This document shows positions 7,810-19,500 of a stretch of DNA of 64,000 bases, one piece after another; position 1 is the first letter of the stretch; each line of letters starts with the position of its first letter. A program made the position numbers and the translations under genes. The stretch is from a virus. Its lineage: Duplodnaviria > Caudoviricetes. The stretch is taken from the IMG/VR virus record IMGVR_UViG_3300008255_000098, one strand, 5' to 3'. Below the pieces are notes generated by a model that saw nothing but the letters and a program-made list of their open reading frames with translations, was not told the DNA's origin and ran no database searches.

Positions 7810-9834
7810 TTAAGCAACTTCTTTTTTGTATGCGTGCAAAATATTTGGTATAAACTTTTTATATCTAAATTTTTTACTTAGCAACATGGACATAAGTTTT
7901 TCATAAGAGTTGATATCTTCCCAAGTTGTCCCTCTCCCAAAAAATATTTTTGCCATTTCATTTGGGTCTGTTGTAATCGGCTCATCTGATAGTTTTATTT
8001 TCTGCACATTTTTTTGTCGTCCAGTAGGTAGAACGGTTTTAATTTTTTGTTTTCGCATCCCATCTCTAAAATTCAAAACAAAACGAATATATTCATCTTC
8101 GTTTTCTGTTGGCAACTTAATTTCTCTAGCAATGTTACTCAACAACTTGTTTCTGTCCCTTGCTTTATAAGAACTATCTTTAGGAGCCCCTGAGTTAACA
8201 TCCGTCATCCACTGAAGATTTCCTACAAATATATCTACTTGAATAAATCCTGGTTCATCTCCACGAGACCCGTCAGATAAAAAGTTATTTATTTGTTTGT
8301 TTGAACTATCTACCAGCGGCGCTAAAATATGAAATTGACTTAACCCTTTGTTAATTGAATATTTCTCAGCGTCGCTTGTTTGTAACAGCCTATCAAGGCT
8401 ACTCCAAATATTTTTTTTGTCTTTTGAGGAAACTCCTAAAAATTTTGCTAAGTCTTTGCCGTCAATTGCAACGTCTATGTCGTTAAAAAATTCTTTTGTT
8501 TTATTACCAACAACATTGAATGGAATCCCGCCTAATCCACTATTTTTTAGTGCATTTGCTATAGCTGGCTCTAAAAGTGCTTTTGGAACTACAGAATTCA
8601 TTTCATCAAATACATTGCCTCCCTCTGTAAGGAAGTGCAAAGTTTTACTAAGTTTTTGTTCTGGTAGTAGTTCTCTTTTCATAAACATCTCAGCAACTTC
8701 CTTCGGGGGAATGCCTTGGGACAGTTTATTTTTAATTGCTTTTACAAATCCAAGATTTAATTTAATATCATTTTTTGTATCTTCAACCTTACGAGGGATT
8801 GTGATCCACTGTTGGCCTGTTTTTTTGAAATCTTCTTCGGCTCTATGTATTTCTTCTTCCCAAGCAGAAAGATATTTTTCTATATTTTCTGGGTCATTTT
8901 TAATATCTTTTTTGAATGTTCTAATTGCGCTTTCAAGCATTTTTAGAAACCTTCGATTTTCATCACCCTTTTTGAGAAATTTTTCTGTGTCAACAATTTT
9001 TAGCAATTCGCCCTCTGGGTTTTTGACAACTATACCCTCTACCTCATCACCAAATTTACTAGATACGTTTTTCTGTAATATTTGTTGTTTGGCTTCAAGT
9101 CCTAAATCTTGGATTGCTTTAAGAAGTTTTTGTTTCAATTCTTTTTCTGCTGGTTTACGAGCTGGTTTAGATAAGAAATTTCCGTGCTTTTCAATAATAT
9201 CTTCAAGCGAAACTATTATTGAAGAACTAAAATCTAGATCATGTAAATCAACATTTGGGACAGAGAAAAATTTTACTTTACTATATTTGTTAGCTTTGTT
9301 TGCAAAAGATTCCCAAATTTTTGGATTTGATAAAACGCCTGTGTTATCTTTGGAAACAGAAGTTTTCATATTAAATATTACAAGAATTCCGTTTCCAATT
9401 TTAGCCTCATCGTATATCACAATATTGTGATCATACGTTGGAACTGCCTCGCCAGCGACTTCAAGAGTATCAGTAAATTCAAAACCAAATTCTTCAGACA
9501 ACTCCTTACCTATTTCAGCCCACGGAATTTCAGATAATAACTCAAAATATTTCTTAAAACTAGTCATGAAATACAAATCTGGGATTTCCTCAGCTGAGTA
9601 CCAAATTTGTGTCTTTGAACGAAGATAAAATCTTCCGTTATCAATACCAGCCGCTCGATAACTACCGTCGATCTTTTCTGATACATGAAATTTAGCTTTA
9701 TCTAAATTCCATGCTTTTAAAAAGTTCAAAAGTTTCTGTGGAGACAATTTTTCAAGATGGACTACGCCTTCATTTAAATTTTTAAATGCTCGTGCTACTT
9801 CTTCGGTTATTAGCTTTTGTAAAAAAAATTTCAT
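7810..9834 (-). CDS. Fusion of an ATP-dependent ligase (RNA-ligase-like) nucleotidyltransferase domain and a Pol-beta-type nucleotidyltransferase domain
   Basis: Ligase motifs I EKIDGS, III GEAV, IV EGIVVK, V KIV. The second domain after LTEGGNVF has GN...NDIDVAID and QVDIF. Confidence 0.7.
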   Translation of the reverse strand: MKFFLQKLITEEVARAFKNLNEGVVHLEKLSPQKLLNFLKAWNLDKAKFHVSEKIDGSYRAAGIDNGRFYLRSKTQIWYSAEEIPDLYFMTSFKKYFELLSEIPWAEIGKELSEEFGFEFTDTLEVAGEAVPTYDHNIVIYDEAKIGNGILVIFNMKTSVSKDNTGVLSNPKIWESFANKANKYSKVKFFSVPNVDLHDLDFSSSIIVSLEDIIEKHGNFLSKPARKPAEKELKQKLLKAIQDLGLEAKQQILQKNVSSKFGDEVEGIVVKNPEGELLKIVDTEKFLKKGDENRRFLKMLESAIRTFKKDIKNDPENIEKYLSAWEEEIHRAEEDFKKTGQQWITIPRKVEDTKNDIKLNLGFVKAIKNKLSQGIPPKEVAEMFMKRELLPEQKLSKTLHFLTEGGNVFDEMNSVVPKALLEPAIANALKNSGLGGIPFNVVGNKTKEFFNDIDVAIDGKDLAKFLGVSSKDKKNIWSSLDRLLQTSDAEKYSINKGLSQFHILAPLVDSSNKQINNFLSDGSRGDEPGFIQVDIFVGNLQWMTDVNSGAPKDSSYKARDRNKLLSNIAREIKLPTENEDEYIRFVLNFRDGMRKQKIKTVLPTGRQKNVQKIKLSDEPITTDPNEMAKIFFGRGTTWEDINSYEKLMSMLLSKKFRYKKFIPNILHAYKKEVA

Positions 9835-9835
9835 T

Positions 9836-10351
9836 TCACTTTTTCATTTTTTGAATACGGTCATACATATCATCTTCATCTGCAACCCAATCCTCTTCTT
9901 TATCAGCAGCATCGTCTATCATCTCTGCTAACTTTATCAATTGGGCATTTGACTTTTCCATTCTTTCCATGTATTTTGATAGAATGGCACCGTGTATAGC
10001 ATGTTCGTTTGATTTGTTGTGGACATCTTTATATAAATCACCAAATAAGATATATGCATTTTTCCTGTCGCTCACAGCATTTTCATATATCTGCTTCCAC
10101 AATAGTTTTTTCTTATCCTCAAGAGAAGAAATTGTATCTAATAAAGCACTAAAATCTAGAAGTTGTTTTTCGGTATCTTTATCTAATTTTTTAATGTCTG
10201 TTGGAATAAATGTCATTTCTGGACGTTGGGCTGGAAAAGTCTGCGGAATATACTCATATCGTTTTTTATCTTTAGTCTGTTCATCATCATCGGCATCATC
10301 CAAAGCTTCACTTAATTCTTCTTCAAAAGTTTTGTTTAAATTATCTTGCAT
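9836..10351 (-). CDS. Hypothetical helical protein
   Basis: Start re-set to MQDNLNK (ATG 10351), 5 nt after ATAATTA; appears translationally coupled to the ligase gene. Confidence 0.7.
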   Translation of the reverse strand: MQDNLNKTFEEELSEALDDADDDEQTKDKKRYEYIPQTFPAQRPEMTFIPTDIKKLDKDTEKQLLDFSALLDTISSLEDKKKLLWKQIYENAVSDRKNAYILFGDLYKDVHNKSNEHAIHGAILSKYMERMEKSNAQLIKLAEMIDDAADKEEDWVADEDDMYDRIQKMKK

Positions 10352-10452
10352 GATAGTAATTATACTCAAGAACCAGAAAGACAATATTGGTACAAAATAT
10401 TTAAATTCATTTTGTCATTCATATAAAATTCTTCTAAGATATAACTAAAACT

Positions 10453-12201
10453 ATGGCAAGAAGAACCGGCGGATCAGTATCAAGAGAAATCATTGGGGGA
10501 AATACCTCAAATGATGTTGGAAGTAGTTTAGAAAGTATAAGAACATCCGCAAGCAGCCCGACACTACAGCGGGCAGTAGTAATTGATGTTGTTATCAACC
10601 CAAACCTATTAACAGATATACACATTGAGGGAATAGCAAGTACTGTTAACAATCCAAGACTTGCTAGTGTGATGCCTCCAAACTCTATAATAGCACATAT
10701 CATAAGCAATGAGGGTGGACACCTAGCAAGGGGAAACACAATTTTATTTCCATTTTTCTCTTCGCACTTTCAGCTACCAGTTCAAGCAGGAGAAATTGTC
10801 CAAGTAATTTATGATGATTTTAGTCATGGAGGACAAAAAATAGGATATTGGCTTACCAGAACTAGCACACAAAGAACAGTAGAAGATGCGAACTATACTC
10901 ATTTAGATAGGAGATTACAGCCTTTCAATATCCCGTTAGCATTTACAGCTGAGGAGCGGCGGGATAGGTCTACTACGCAGCCAGATTTAGGATTTCCAAA
11001 TGGAGGAAGCTCCCTATCATCTTTTACTCTGCCCCAAAGTAGTTCGACAGATAATATTTTTGATAGCATATTGCGAAATGCAACTTCACACCTAGGGGAA
11101 GGGCAAACTATACCTTTGCAAACATTTGAATCTGTACCACGATGGTCAAAGCGTCCACAAGAGTTTGTATTACAAGGAACTAATAACACATTAATAGTGT
11201 TAGGAGAAGATAGAAAAGGTGGACCACTTGGCGCACGAGCAGAAAATAACCCAGATGCCAAAGGCCAAGCTGGAACAATAGATATTGTTGTCGGAAGAGG
11301 AAGAATAAAACCTGAATTAAGATCTGACCCAAATGGACTTTTTTCTGGGAATACCGCTCCATGGACCACAAGAAATTCCAGAAACAATATTGAGACTGAT
11401 AAAACAAAATTTCTAACTGTTCCTGGAACCACACGCTTAGAAGATAATATAAATGAAGGCGATCCGGATTTTACAAGAGATGCTGCTAGGCTGTATGTTA
11501 CCATGCAGTCTGAGGTTGATGTAAATTTTGGTATTACTGAGATGAACCTCACCCAAAACACTGTTCCTGATGGAGACAACAAAAATAAAATCTTGCAACC
11601 AAATATCGGGGTAAGCGGGACAATAAACAAAAGCTATATTGTTGGAAAATCAGACCACATACGTCTTATTGCTAGAAAGCAAGGGGATACAGAAGTGGAG
11701 GGAACAATATTATTGCTCAGAGAAGGAGTTTCAGAACAAGATTTAAACTATATTTATATTTCTAAGGACGGGACACATGTCGAGGGTCCAAAAATAATTC
11801 TCGGAAGAGGACTTGCAGATTTAGCTGGTAAAGGCCAAGACCCAACCCCAGGAGGTGAACCATATATAAGATGGTCAAAATATCGAGATACTATAGACCA
11901 TCTCCAAAAAGAAATTGTCGATCTTAAAGACGCATTGGCAAAACAAGACCAAGCAACATCAACCCAATTTGCTGCCCTAACAACATTATTGCAGACTGCA
12001 TTTACCGCTGCAATTGCCATTCCATTTAGCCCAATTCCTTCATTGGTAGGCGCTGCGGCAGCGATTGCAAAAACTGGCGTTGATTTGGCAGGAGAACGTA
12101 TCACAAATAAATTAACAGCAGACAACGCAGTCTCTACTGGAAAAACCAATACCGATAAATCTGTGGCAGCCTCTAAAAGTGAGAAAATTTTCGGGGAATA
12201 A
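10453..12201 (+). CDS. Putative baseplate central spike/hub protein (gp5/VgrG-like N-terminal OB fold)
   Basis: N-terminal RAVVIDV...LPVQAGEIVQVIY...YWL pattern, beta-rich middle, C-terminal coiled coil; lies directly upstream of the gp25-like and gp6-like genes. Confidence 0.5.
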   Translation: MARRTGGSVSREIIGGNTSNDVGSSLESIRTSASSPTLQRAVVIDVVINPNLLTDIHIEGIASTVNNPRLASVMPPNSIIAHIISNEGGHLARGNTILFPFFSSHFQLPVQAGEIVQVIYDDFSHGGQKIGYWLTRTSTQRTVEDANYTHLDRRLQPFNIPLAFTAEERRDRSTTQPDLGFPNGGSSLSSFTLPQSSSTDNIFDSILRNATSHLGEGQTIPLQTFESVPRWSKRPQEFVLQGTNNTLIVLGEDRKGGPLGARAENNPDAKGQAGTIDIVVGRGRIKPELRSDPNGLFSGNTAPWTTRNSRNNIETDKTKFLTVPGTTRLEDNINEGDPDFTRDAARLYVTMQSEVDVNFGITEMNLTQNTVPDGDNKNKILQPNIGVSGTINKSYIVGKSDHIRLIARKQGDTEVEGTILLLREGVSEQDLNYIYISKDGTHVEGPKIILGRGLADLAGKGQDPTPGGEPYIRWSKYRDTIDHLQKEIVDLKDALAKQDQATSTQFAALTTLLQTAFTAAIAIPFSPIPSLVGAAAAIAKTGVDLAGERITNKLTADNAVSTGKTNTDKSVAASKSEKIFGE

Positions 12202-12217
12202 CTATAAAAGGGAAGAT

Positions 12218-12538
12218 ATGAGCGAAGATTCAAATAGAAGAAAATTAGTTTTTCAGGAAAAATATAAAAAAGCAATAGATGATATCATCGACGGTGCAAA
12301 ACAATTGTCAAAGGGAAATAAATTATTTTCACGTCACAAAAAAGAACCTTTAACTCCGGATGAAATTCTTGACGCTTCGGCCAAACTAGAGGCAGAAAAA
12401 AAAGCTGAACAAATAAGTGCTTTTTTGGAAGAAGAAGTGTTTGGGACAATCACACGACTTGAGGGCAGAGTTCAAGAGCTTGAAAACAAACTTTCTGCTT
12501 TAAGTGCAGCTAGTACTTCCAGCACACCAGGCGTATAA
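12218..12538 (+). CDS. Small coiled-coil hypothetical protein in the baseplate operon
   Basis: Start re-set to MSEDSN (12218); C-terminal heptads LEGRVQELENKLSAL. Confidence 0.65.
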   Translation: MSEDSNRRKLVFQEKYKKAIDDIIDGAKQLSKGNKLFSRHKKEPLTPDEILDASAKLEAEKKAEQISAFLEEEVFGTITRLEGRVQELENKLSALSAASTSSTPGV

Positions 12539-12564
12539 AATTTAGTTGATAATACTTACTTACA

Positions 12565-13038
12565 ATGGCACAATTAAGTTTTAAAAATGTTGGTGTTAGA
12601 GCGGATTCAATCCGAAACAACCCACTTGTTGTAAACCGTTCCACCCTTCCAATTGGGATTAAAACACCTTTGGAGCTAGTTGGAGGTTCAACTCTTTTTT
12701 TAACGCATACCAATATTGCTAACCAACTAGAAGATAACCTGAGAAACTTACTATTGACAAACTGGGGAGACAGGCTTGCAATTTATGATTTTGGGGCTAA
12801 CTTACAGCCATTAGTTACTGAATACAGCAACAAAGATGATTTTGATACTGAAGCTATGGTTCGAATAAACTCTACTATATCAAAATGGATGCCTTTTGTT
12901 TCTCCAATCGGCTTCGAAAGTTTTCCAGATTTAGAAGACAATCAATTCACAGGGAATATTCGAATTTTTTTGTCTTATGCTATCCCAAGATTAAATGTAA
13001 AAAACAAATTTCTAGAAATCAATTTGTTCATCATATGA
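12565..13038 (+). CDS. Baseplate wedge subunit, GPW/gp25-like
   Basis: NLRNLLLTNWGDRLAIYDFGANLQPLV matches the gp25 signature (LLxTxxGER...xFG). Confidence 0.85.
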   Translation: MAQLSFKNVGVRADSIRNNPLVVNRSTLPIGIKTPLELVGGSTLFLTHTNIANQLEDNLRNLLLTNWGDRLAIYDFGANLQPLVTEYSNKDDFDTEAMVRINSTISKWMPFVSPIGFESFPDLEDNQFTGNIRIFLSYAIPRLNVKNKFLEINLFII

Positions 13039-13045
13039 GTAAAAA

Positions 13046-14893
13046 ATGGTCATAAGTTCAAAAAATAAAATTCTTAAACAAATAAGAGAAAGAAAATATC
13101 TTAATAAAGATTTTGATAGTCTTAAGGCGGATCTATTAGATTACGCAAGAACAAACTTTCCAAATCAAATTAGAGATTTCTCCGAGGCGAGCTTGGGAGG
13201 CATGTTATTGGACTTTGCTGCTTATACTGGCGATGTTATGTCTTTTTATCTTGACCACCAGTTTCATGAATTAAACATTGATACTGCGGTTGAATCAGTT
13301 AACATCGAACGTATCATTAGAAAGGCTGGCGTGCCAATAGTGGGTGCATCTCCAGCTGTTTTAACTCCTTCAATAATTTTAGAAGTTCCTGCAACAGGTA
13401 ATCCTGCTGTTCCTGACCCCGAGGCATTGCCAATAATTCATGAGGGAACAATATCCAGAGCACAAAATGGAACAGAATTTGAAGTAACAGAAAATATAGA
13501 TTTCTCCGAGACAGATGGAAATGGAAATTTATTAGCAGAGATTTCCATAGGAAACCGAGATATTAATAATAACCCGACAACTTTTATTTTAACTCGTCCT
13601 AGTATTAGCATATCTGGATTTAGGCAGACAGATTCTTTTTCCGTTGGGAGCTTTCAAGCTTTCAAAAAATTTACTCTTTCAAAAGAAAATGTCACAGAAA
13701 TAATTCGAGTTACAGATAATCTTGGAAATGAATATCACGAAGTTGGATTTTTAACTCAGGACACGGTATTCAAAGCGATTAAAAATATTACTAATGATTC
13801 AGAGATGGTATCTGACAATCTTGTTCCTATTCCTGCCCCATACCGATTTATTTCAAATACTTCACTACTGTCTAGATTAACTACTTTAACTTTTGGTGGT
13901 GGTTCAGCAGTTACAATTGATGATGACATCATCCCGGACCCATCAGAGTTTGCAATTCCTCTTTATGGTAAAAAAACTTTTTCACGATTTACTTTAAATC
14001 CAGGAAAGCTATTACAAACTACTACTTTTGGTGTTTTAGCCCCAGGCAGTATTGTTACAATTGAATATAGATATGGGGGAGGGTTAAGTCATAATATTGG
14101 TATTAGACAAATTCGAGGGTTAACAAATCTTGTCATTAGTTTTCCAGGAAACCCACCAGCAGAGGTTTCCCAATTTGTTAGACAATCAATCGACGCACAA
14201 AATTTTGCACCGGCCGAGGGTGGCGAGGATGCTCCTACAGTAAATGAGTTAAAACAACGAGTGCCTGCGGTAAAGGCTTCTCAGGGTCGAATCGTCGGAA
14301 AAGAAGATTTGCTGGCTAGAATATATACCATGCCTTCAAACTTTGGAAGAGTTTTTAGAGCGTCTGTCCAACCAGACCCAAATAATCCTTTATCTGCTAG
14401 GTTGTTTATCATTTCTAGAGATAAAGATAAAAAATTAGTCACGTCCCCAGACAGCTTAAAAATGAACCTGAGGAAGTTTTTGAATTCCTACAGAATTATT
14501 TCTGACGCCATCGACATTCTTGATGTACAAGTTATTAACATCAAAGTTGAATTTTCTATTGTAGTTGATCCTGGATACAATTCAAATTTAGTATTACAAA
14601 CGGTTATTAATAGATTACGAGCGTTTTTCAATACAAAAAATTTCGAAATAAATCAACCCATCATAATAGCAGAAATACAAAATATCATTTTCAATAACCC
14701 CGGCGTTCTTGCAGTTAACAGTGTAAATATCAAAAATATAACAGGCACCGTCGGAACGACAAACCCACGTCTTTATTCGGATGTACAGTTTGACATTGAG
14801 GCTAACACCGACAGGGGAATTATTATTGGGCCTCCTGGCTCTATGTTTGAGGTAAGATATACTGGATTTGATATTTCAGGAGCTAGTATATAG
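13046..14893 (+). CDS. Baseplate wedge subunit, gp6/baseplate-J-like
   Basis: YLNKDFDSLKADL...DFSEASLGGMLLDFAAYTGDVMSFYLD, AEGGEDAPTVNELK, RIVGKEDL; follows the gp25-like gene. Confidence 0.85.
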   Translation: MVISSKNKILKQIRERKYLNKDFDSLKADLLDYARTNFPNQIRDFSEASLGGMLLDFAAYTGDVMSFYLDHQFHELNIDTAVESVNIERIIRKAGVPIVGASPAVLTPSIILEVPATGNPAVPDPEALPIIHEGTISRAQNGTEFEVTENIDFSETDGNGNLLAEISIGNRDINNNPTTFILTRPSISISGFRQTDSFSVGSFQAFKKFTLSKENVTEIIRVTDNLGNEYHEVGFLTQDTVFKAIKNITNDSEMVSDNLVPIPAPYRFISNTSLLSRLTTLTFGGGSAVTIDDDIIPDPSEFAIPLYGKKTFSRFTLNPGKLLQTTTFGVLAPGSIVTIEYRYGGGLSHNIGIRQIRGLTNLVISFPGNPPAEVSQFVRQSIDAQNFAPAEGGEDAPTVNELKQRVPAVKASQGRIVGKEDLLARIYTMPSNFGRVFRASVQPDPNNPLSARLFIISRDKDKKLVTSPDSLKMNLRKFLNSYRIISDAIDILDVQVINIKVEFSIVVDPGYNSNLVLQTVINRLRAFFNTKNFEINQPIIIAEIQNIIFNNPGVLAVNSVNIKNITGTVGTTNPRLYSDVQFDIEANTDRGIIIGPPGSMFEVRYTGFDISGASI

Positions 14894-14941
14894 TTGAGAC
14901 AAAATAGAGTCTCTGCCCTATTTAAAGAATGAAAATCAACC

Positions 14942-16513
14942 ATGTACAGAATATTAAAAGCCGACAAAGATACATACATTCAAAATAAGTACATTGCAGG
15001 ATCTCGTTCACTTGATTCTAATGTCGGGAATGCTGGTACTATTGATCTTTATAAATTATACAATGAAACAACTATTCCAGCAAGCACTAGTTCAATTGTC
15101 GAAATTTCAAGAGCGTTAATAAAATTTGATTATTCAAAACTTCAAGATCTAACTGGTAGTATTTTAGATTTTTCCACTGGTAGTTTTAGTGCAACAGTGA
15201 AATTATTTGATGTATACGGCGGACAAACAGTACCTTCAAATTTTACACTTGAACTTTTCCCACTTTCTAAATCTTTTGACGAAGGGAGGGGACAAGACGT
15301 TATTTCTTATAGAGACCTAGATGCTGCTAATTGGCTAACTGCTTCTCTGTCCCCAGAAGTTACTTGGTCGCAAGCTGGGGCGGGTGCGACAGGATCTTTA
15401 GGTGAAGATGTAGATGTTATTGTTAGCGGGAACCTTGGGTATGGACTTGTCCCCCTGGGCGTCACGCAAAACTTTAATAGAGGAGACGAAAATCTTTCTA
15501 TAGATGTTACTAGATTAGTTTCTGCAAGTTTAGCTGGTATTATTCCAAATAATGGTTTTAGAATTTCATTTTCCACTACAGAAGAAGAAAACGCTACAAC
15601 TTATTTCGTTAAAAGATTTGGAACTAGGCACTCTTTTAATAAAAATTTACATCCACAATTAGTTGTTACATATGATGATAGTATACCAGACCCAGGGTAC
15701 AAACCATTTTTTGACCTATCCTCTAGTTTATATGTGTATAATATTGCTCAAGGTCTACATAGAAATTTCTTTTCCGGGAGCACTGAGGTTGTTGGAGATA
15801 ACAGCTTATTGATGGAGTTGATATCTTCTAAAAGTGTTAAAATTATAACCTCCTCTTGGAGCCCTTCGCATAGTCAGAGCATCAATTATCTTACCAACAG
15901 TTTAGTGTATTTTTCGAGATCGTATAGTGGCAGTCAAGCTTCTTTCGGCTCTTTAGCACAAATAGGAATTTACAAATCCCCTTTTAACTTATCTTGCGTA
16001 GAAGACTCTGAGTTATTTTCTTTTGTAGGGGACCGAGAAGAAGTTCTTTTTGATGTATTTTGGAAGAGCCTTGATTCTACAGTACAATATGCCAAAAACA
16101 ATGTAGTTTTTCGTAAATTTCACGGTCATGCTAGTAACGTCATGGGGACTAACCTAGTTGCAAATATTACTAATTTAAAACACGAATATAACTCAAACGA
16201 AACTCAAAGATTAAGAGTATTTGCATCAGATTATAACCAAGAGGTTCCAGGGTTTAAGGTCCCAATTTCTCTGAAGTCTGTTATTATCCCTGATATGCGG
16301 TGGCAGCTTATCAAAGCCTGGACAAGAGAAATAATCATTCCGTGGGGTGCTGCAACAAAAATGTCTACAGACGTAGATGGAATGTATTTTGATTTCTACT
16401 TTTCAGATCTTGAGACAAATGAAGTTTATGAAATAGAACTTTTGTGCGGCGCTGGCCTTGGAAGAGATGTCACAATTACGAATCAGGGATTTCGATTTAA
16501 AATTTTGCCATAA
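14942..16513 (+). CDS. Virion structural protein (beta-sandwich, DNRLRE-like N-terminus)
   Basis: N-terminus MYRILKADKDTYI...SRALIKFD...IDVTRLV; Ser/Thr-rich; inside the baseplate operon. Confidence 0.5.
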   Translation: MYRILKADKDTYIQNKYIAGSRSLDSNVGNAGTIDLYKLYNETTIPASTSSIVEISRALIKFDYSKLQDLTGSILDFSTGSFSATVKLFDVYGGQTVPSNFTLELFPLSKSFDEGRGQDVISYRDLDAANWLTASLSPEVTWSQAGAGATGSLGEDVDVIVSGNLGYGLVPLGVTQNFNRGDENLSIDVTRLVSASLAGIIPNNGFRISFSTTEEENATTYFVKRFGTRHSFNKNLHPQLVVTYDDSIPDPGYKPFFDLSSSLYVYNIAQGLHRNFFSGSTEVVGDNSLLMELISSKSVKIITSSWSPSHSQSINYLTNSLVYFSRSYSGSQASFGSLAQIGIYKSPFNLSCVEDSELFSFVGDREEVLFDVFWKSLDSTVQYAKNNVVFRKFHGHASNVMGTNLVANITNLKHEYNSNETQRLRVFASDYNQEVPGFKVPISLKSVIIPDMRWQLIKAWTREIIIPWGAATKMSTDVDGMYFDFYFSDLETNEVYEIELLCGAGLGRDVTITNQGFRFKILP

Positions 16514-16558
16514 CTAATTTTCAAATTACTAATTCATTTCTAAAAATAAGTTAGTTTC

Positions 16559-16565
16559 CTATTTA
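16559..16565 (+). promoter_or_regulatory. Representative TAnTTA candidate late-promoter element (one of about 16; see findings)
   Basis: CTATTTA 12 nt upstream of ATG 16578; the same motif precedes many structural and Glu-leader genes. Confidence 0.4.
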
Positions 16566-16577
16566 TACTAAATCCAA

Positions 16578-19500
16578 ATGGCAGAAATTAGAAACAACAC
16601 TAAAAATTTAACTCTTAACAGACCTGGGTTATTTTCTTCTACTACTACTAGAGGGTTACGTGAGGGCGCTAGCCATCAAAGTGTTGCGTTTTCTACCCAG
16701 AACAACCAACTTGTCGATAGTAGTATTTTAAATACAGGAAGTTTTAAATATTCCGTAGACGGTGCTGGGCTACGTTCTACTCAACAAATAAATATAGACT
16801 GGACACAATTCGAAAATCATACTTTCTACAATAGCGCACAGGTTAAAACAAATGTAGCTTTTGAGAAAATTTTTAACGAATTTCCTTTTGACGGACAAAA
16901 ATCAGAATTTGAAGATTTTTTTGCGTCACTAACTGGTTTTGAAAAATATATTTATGATTTGTTCCCTAAAAATATTGGATATATGTTTTTTTCTGGTAGT
17001 ACGACTACACCAGGGGATTTAGGAACACATATAACAGTAAAAGATACTGCTGGCGCTGCCTACCCGGCGGTGTCCTCGAAAAACACTGGCGACACAATAA
17101 TAAATCCTGGCGAAAATTCTATGACAGTAGAATTTTGGGCATATATTCCGGAAGAACAAAATTTTGGCTCAATGATCCTTGATAAACATTATGATGACGG
17201 GACTATAACAACAAGACAAGGATTTTTTATAAATCTCAACCCTTCCGCCAGCACTACGTCTGCGTCAGTTTCTTTTAATGTTGTTTCTGGTGCAATAGAA
17301 GATGTTGTTAGTGTAAATTTAGATAAAGGAAAATGGAATCATGTTGCTTGGGTATGGGATAGAACTCCAGGCGTACAACAATCATTTTGTTATGTTAACC
17401 AAAACTTACTTGCTAGTTCTTCTCAGCCTATTGAGTTTAAGACAATCTCTACACAGACCTCTGATCTTTTAATCGGCTCTGGTAGTGCCGTAACCAGTTT
17501 ATTTACCCCTACCACTACTTTTTCTGGTGCGTTAGATGAATTAAGAATTTGGCACAAGGTACGTTCAGCAGATGAAAGAAATCTATATAAAGAAAAATCT
17601 ATATTTGCTGAAGACGGATTGCAGCTTTATTTTAAATTTAACGAACCTTCTGGAAGTAACTCCTCAATAATTTTAGATTATTCAACAAACTCTGTTCATG
17701 GAAAAATAAATACTCAAGGTGTTCTTTTAGACGTAATGAATATTCCTACAGGACAAATTGCTGGTGCAAGTCCAATGGTTTATGAAAAAATGAGCAACTC
17801 TCCAGTTTTGTTCCCGTCATACCCGGACCTGATTTCTACCAGAACAGAACTTTTACTTTCTGCTTCTAGATACGACCTCAAAAATCCAAATTTAATTACT
17901 AAACTTGTCCCTGTGCATTATTTTCTCGAAGGGCAGGAGCAAGACGGCCTTGCTACTGAAACAGGACAAATCACAGAAATTTTGGAAAGCGGGACAGACC
18001 CGAGGTCAACCAAACTAGGAGCCACACAAGTATTTCTTTTGTTGTTATACACGTGGGCTAAATTTTTTGATGAAACAAAACTTTATATCCAAACACTTAG
18101 TACTTTAGATACAGTAGATTATGATATAACAGATACAGTTCCAGACCAATTTTTACTACAATATGCAAGAAACGAAGGTATAGAATTACCTCCGTTGTTT
18201 GACGGCAGCACTATAGAACAATTTATTGAAGCTGAAAATATTCAAAGTGACATTGGAACAAATGATCTAACGCTACAAAGTGTTAGAAACCAAATTTGGA
18301 GAAGAATCTTAATAAATTTACAAGATGTATTGCAATCAAAAGGTACAATACACAGTGTAAAATCTTTTATTAGGTCTGTGGGAATTGAACCAGATAACAA
18401 TTTTAGAATTAGAGAATATGGCGGGCCTAATAAACTATCGTTATCATTTGCAAGAGATAATAGAAATGAAATTTCTACAATGCTTAATTTCATTTCTGGC
18501 GGTATTGTCACTAGTCCGTATTTAGTTTCTAGTCGTTCTGAGCCCGGCTTTCCATACCCAGGTCCTGATGCTACGAATAATTCTCTTTTAACTTCTGGAA
18601 GTTGGTCATTTGAAGGTTTGTATAAATTCCCAAATGCTAATCAATCTACAATCTCACAAAGCTTGGTAAGATTCAATGTTACAGGTTCAACGGTTAGAAA
18701 TGGAGTAACTGCAAATGTTGTTTCTGTAAAGGGCGGCTACACGACTCTTTTTGTTAGAAATTATTCAGTTCCGGGTTCTGGATATCCTGTGTTATCTCTT
18801 GCGATTACTGGTGCAGATTTATTTGATAATGATCAATGGTACGTATCTTTTGGAAGAAGAAGAAACGATGATGGTTTGTCCTCAGATGTTTCAAGTTCAT
18901 ACTTTCTACGCTTAGCAAAACAAAATTTTGGCGAGATTATTGAATCACACTCAACTTCATCATATTATAATGATTTATTTGCCGGAACTAATGGAAGCGT
19001 GTGGACATCAACTTCACCTGCGGCAGCATCTTCAGGGTCTTTTATAACCATTGGCTCACAATCTCTAGATTCAATTGCAGCAGCAATATATTTGAATGGA
19101 AATGACACCGGGGCAATAGAAAAAACTACTAATTTTACTGGAAAAGCTGGACACTTTAAATTTTATTCAAAGTTTATAACTGACGCAGAATGGCCTGAAC
19201 ACGTTAGAAACTACCGATCAGTCGGCGTTGTTGACCCAACAAAAAACTTTAATTTTTCTACTACACCTACAGGTTCATTTGAAAGACTTCGTTTCGATGT
19301 TTCAACTGACCAACCTGTAACAGAATCAAATTCTTCTGGAGAGATTATCCTAACTGATTTTTCTCAAAATTCATTTAGCTTATCAGGTTCTGGATTCATA
19401 GCAAGTTCTTCTATTATTGACCCAGAAAGATTTTTTTATAGTTATCTTTCTCCAAAGTTTGACCAGGCTTCTACTACAGAAAAAGTGCGTATCCGTTCGT

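Noticed and set aside
8348-9430. 360-aa + strand ORF and other long antisense ORFs (e.g. 3138-3791, 10899-11630, 35549-36100, 41474-44377, 62665-63528)
   Set aside because: They are shadows of well-supported genes on the opposite strand, with Ser/Phe/Leu-rich composition and no motifs.
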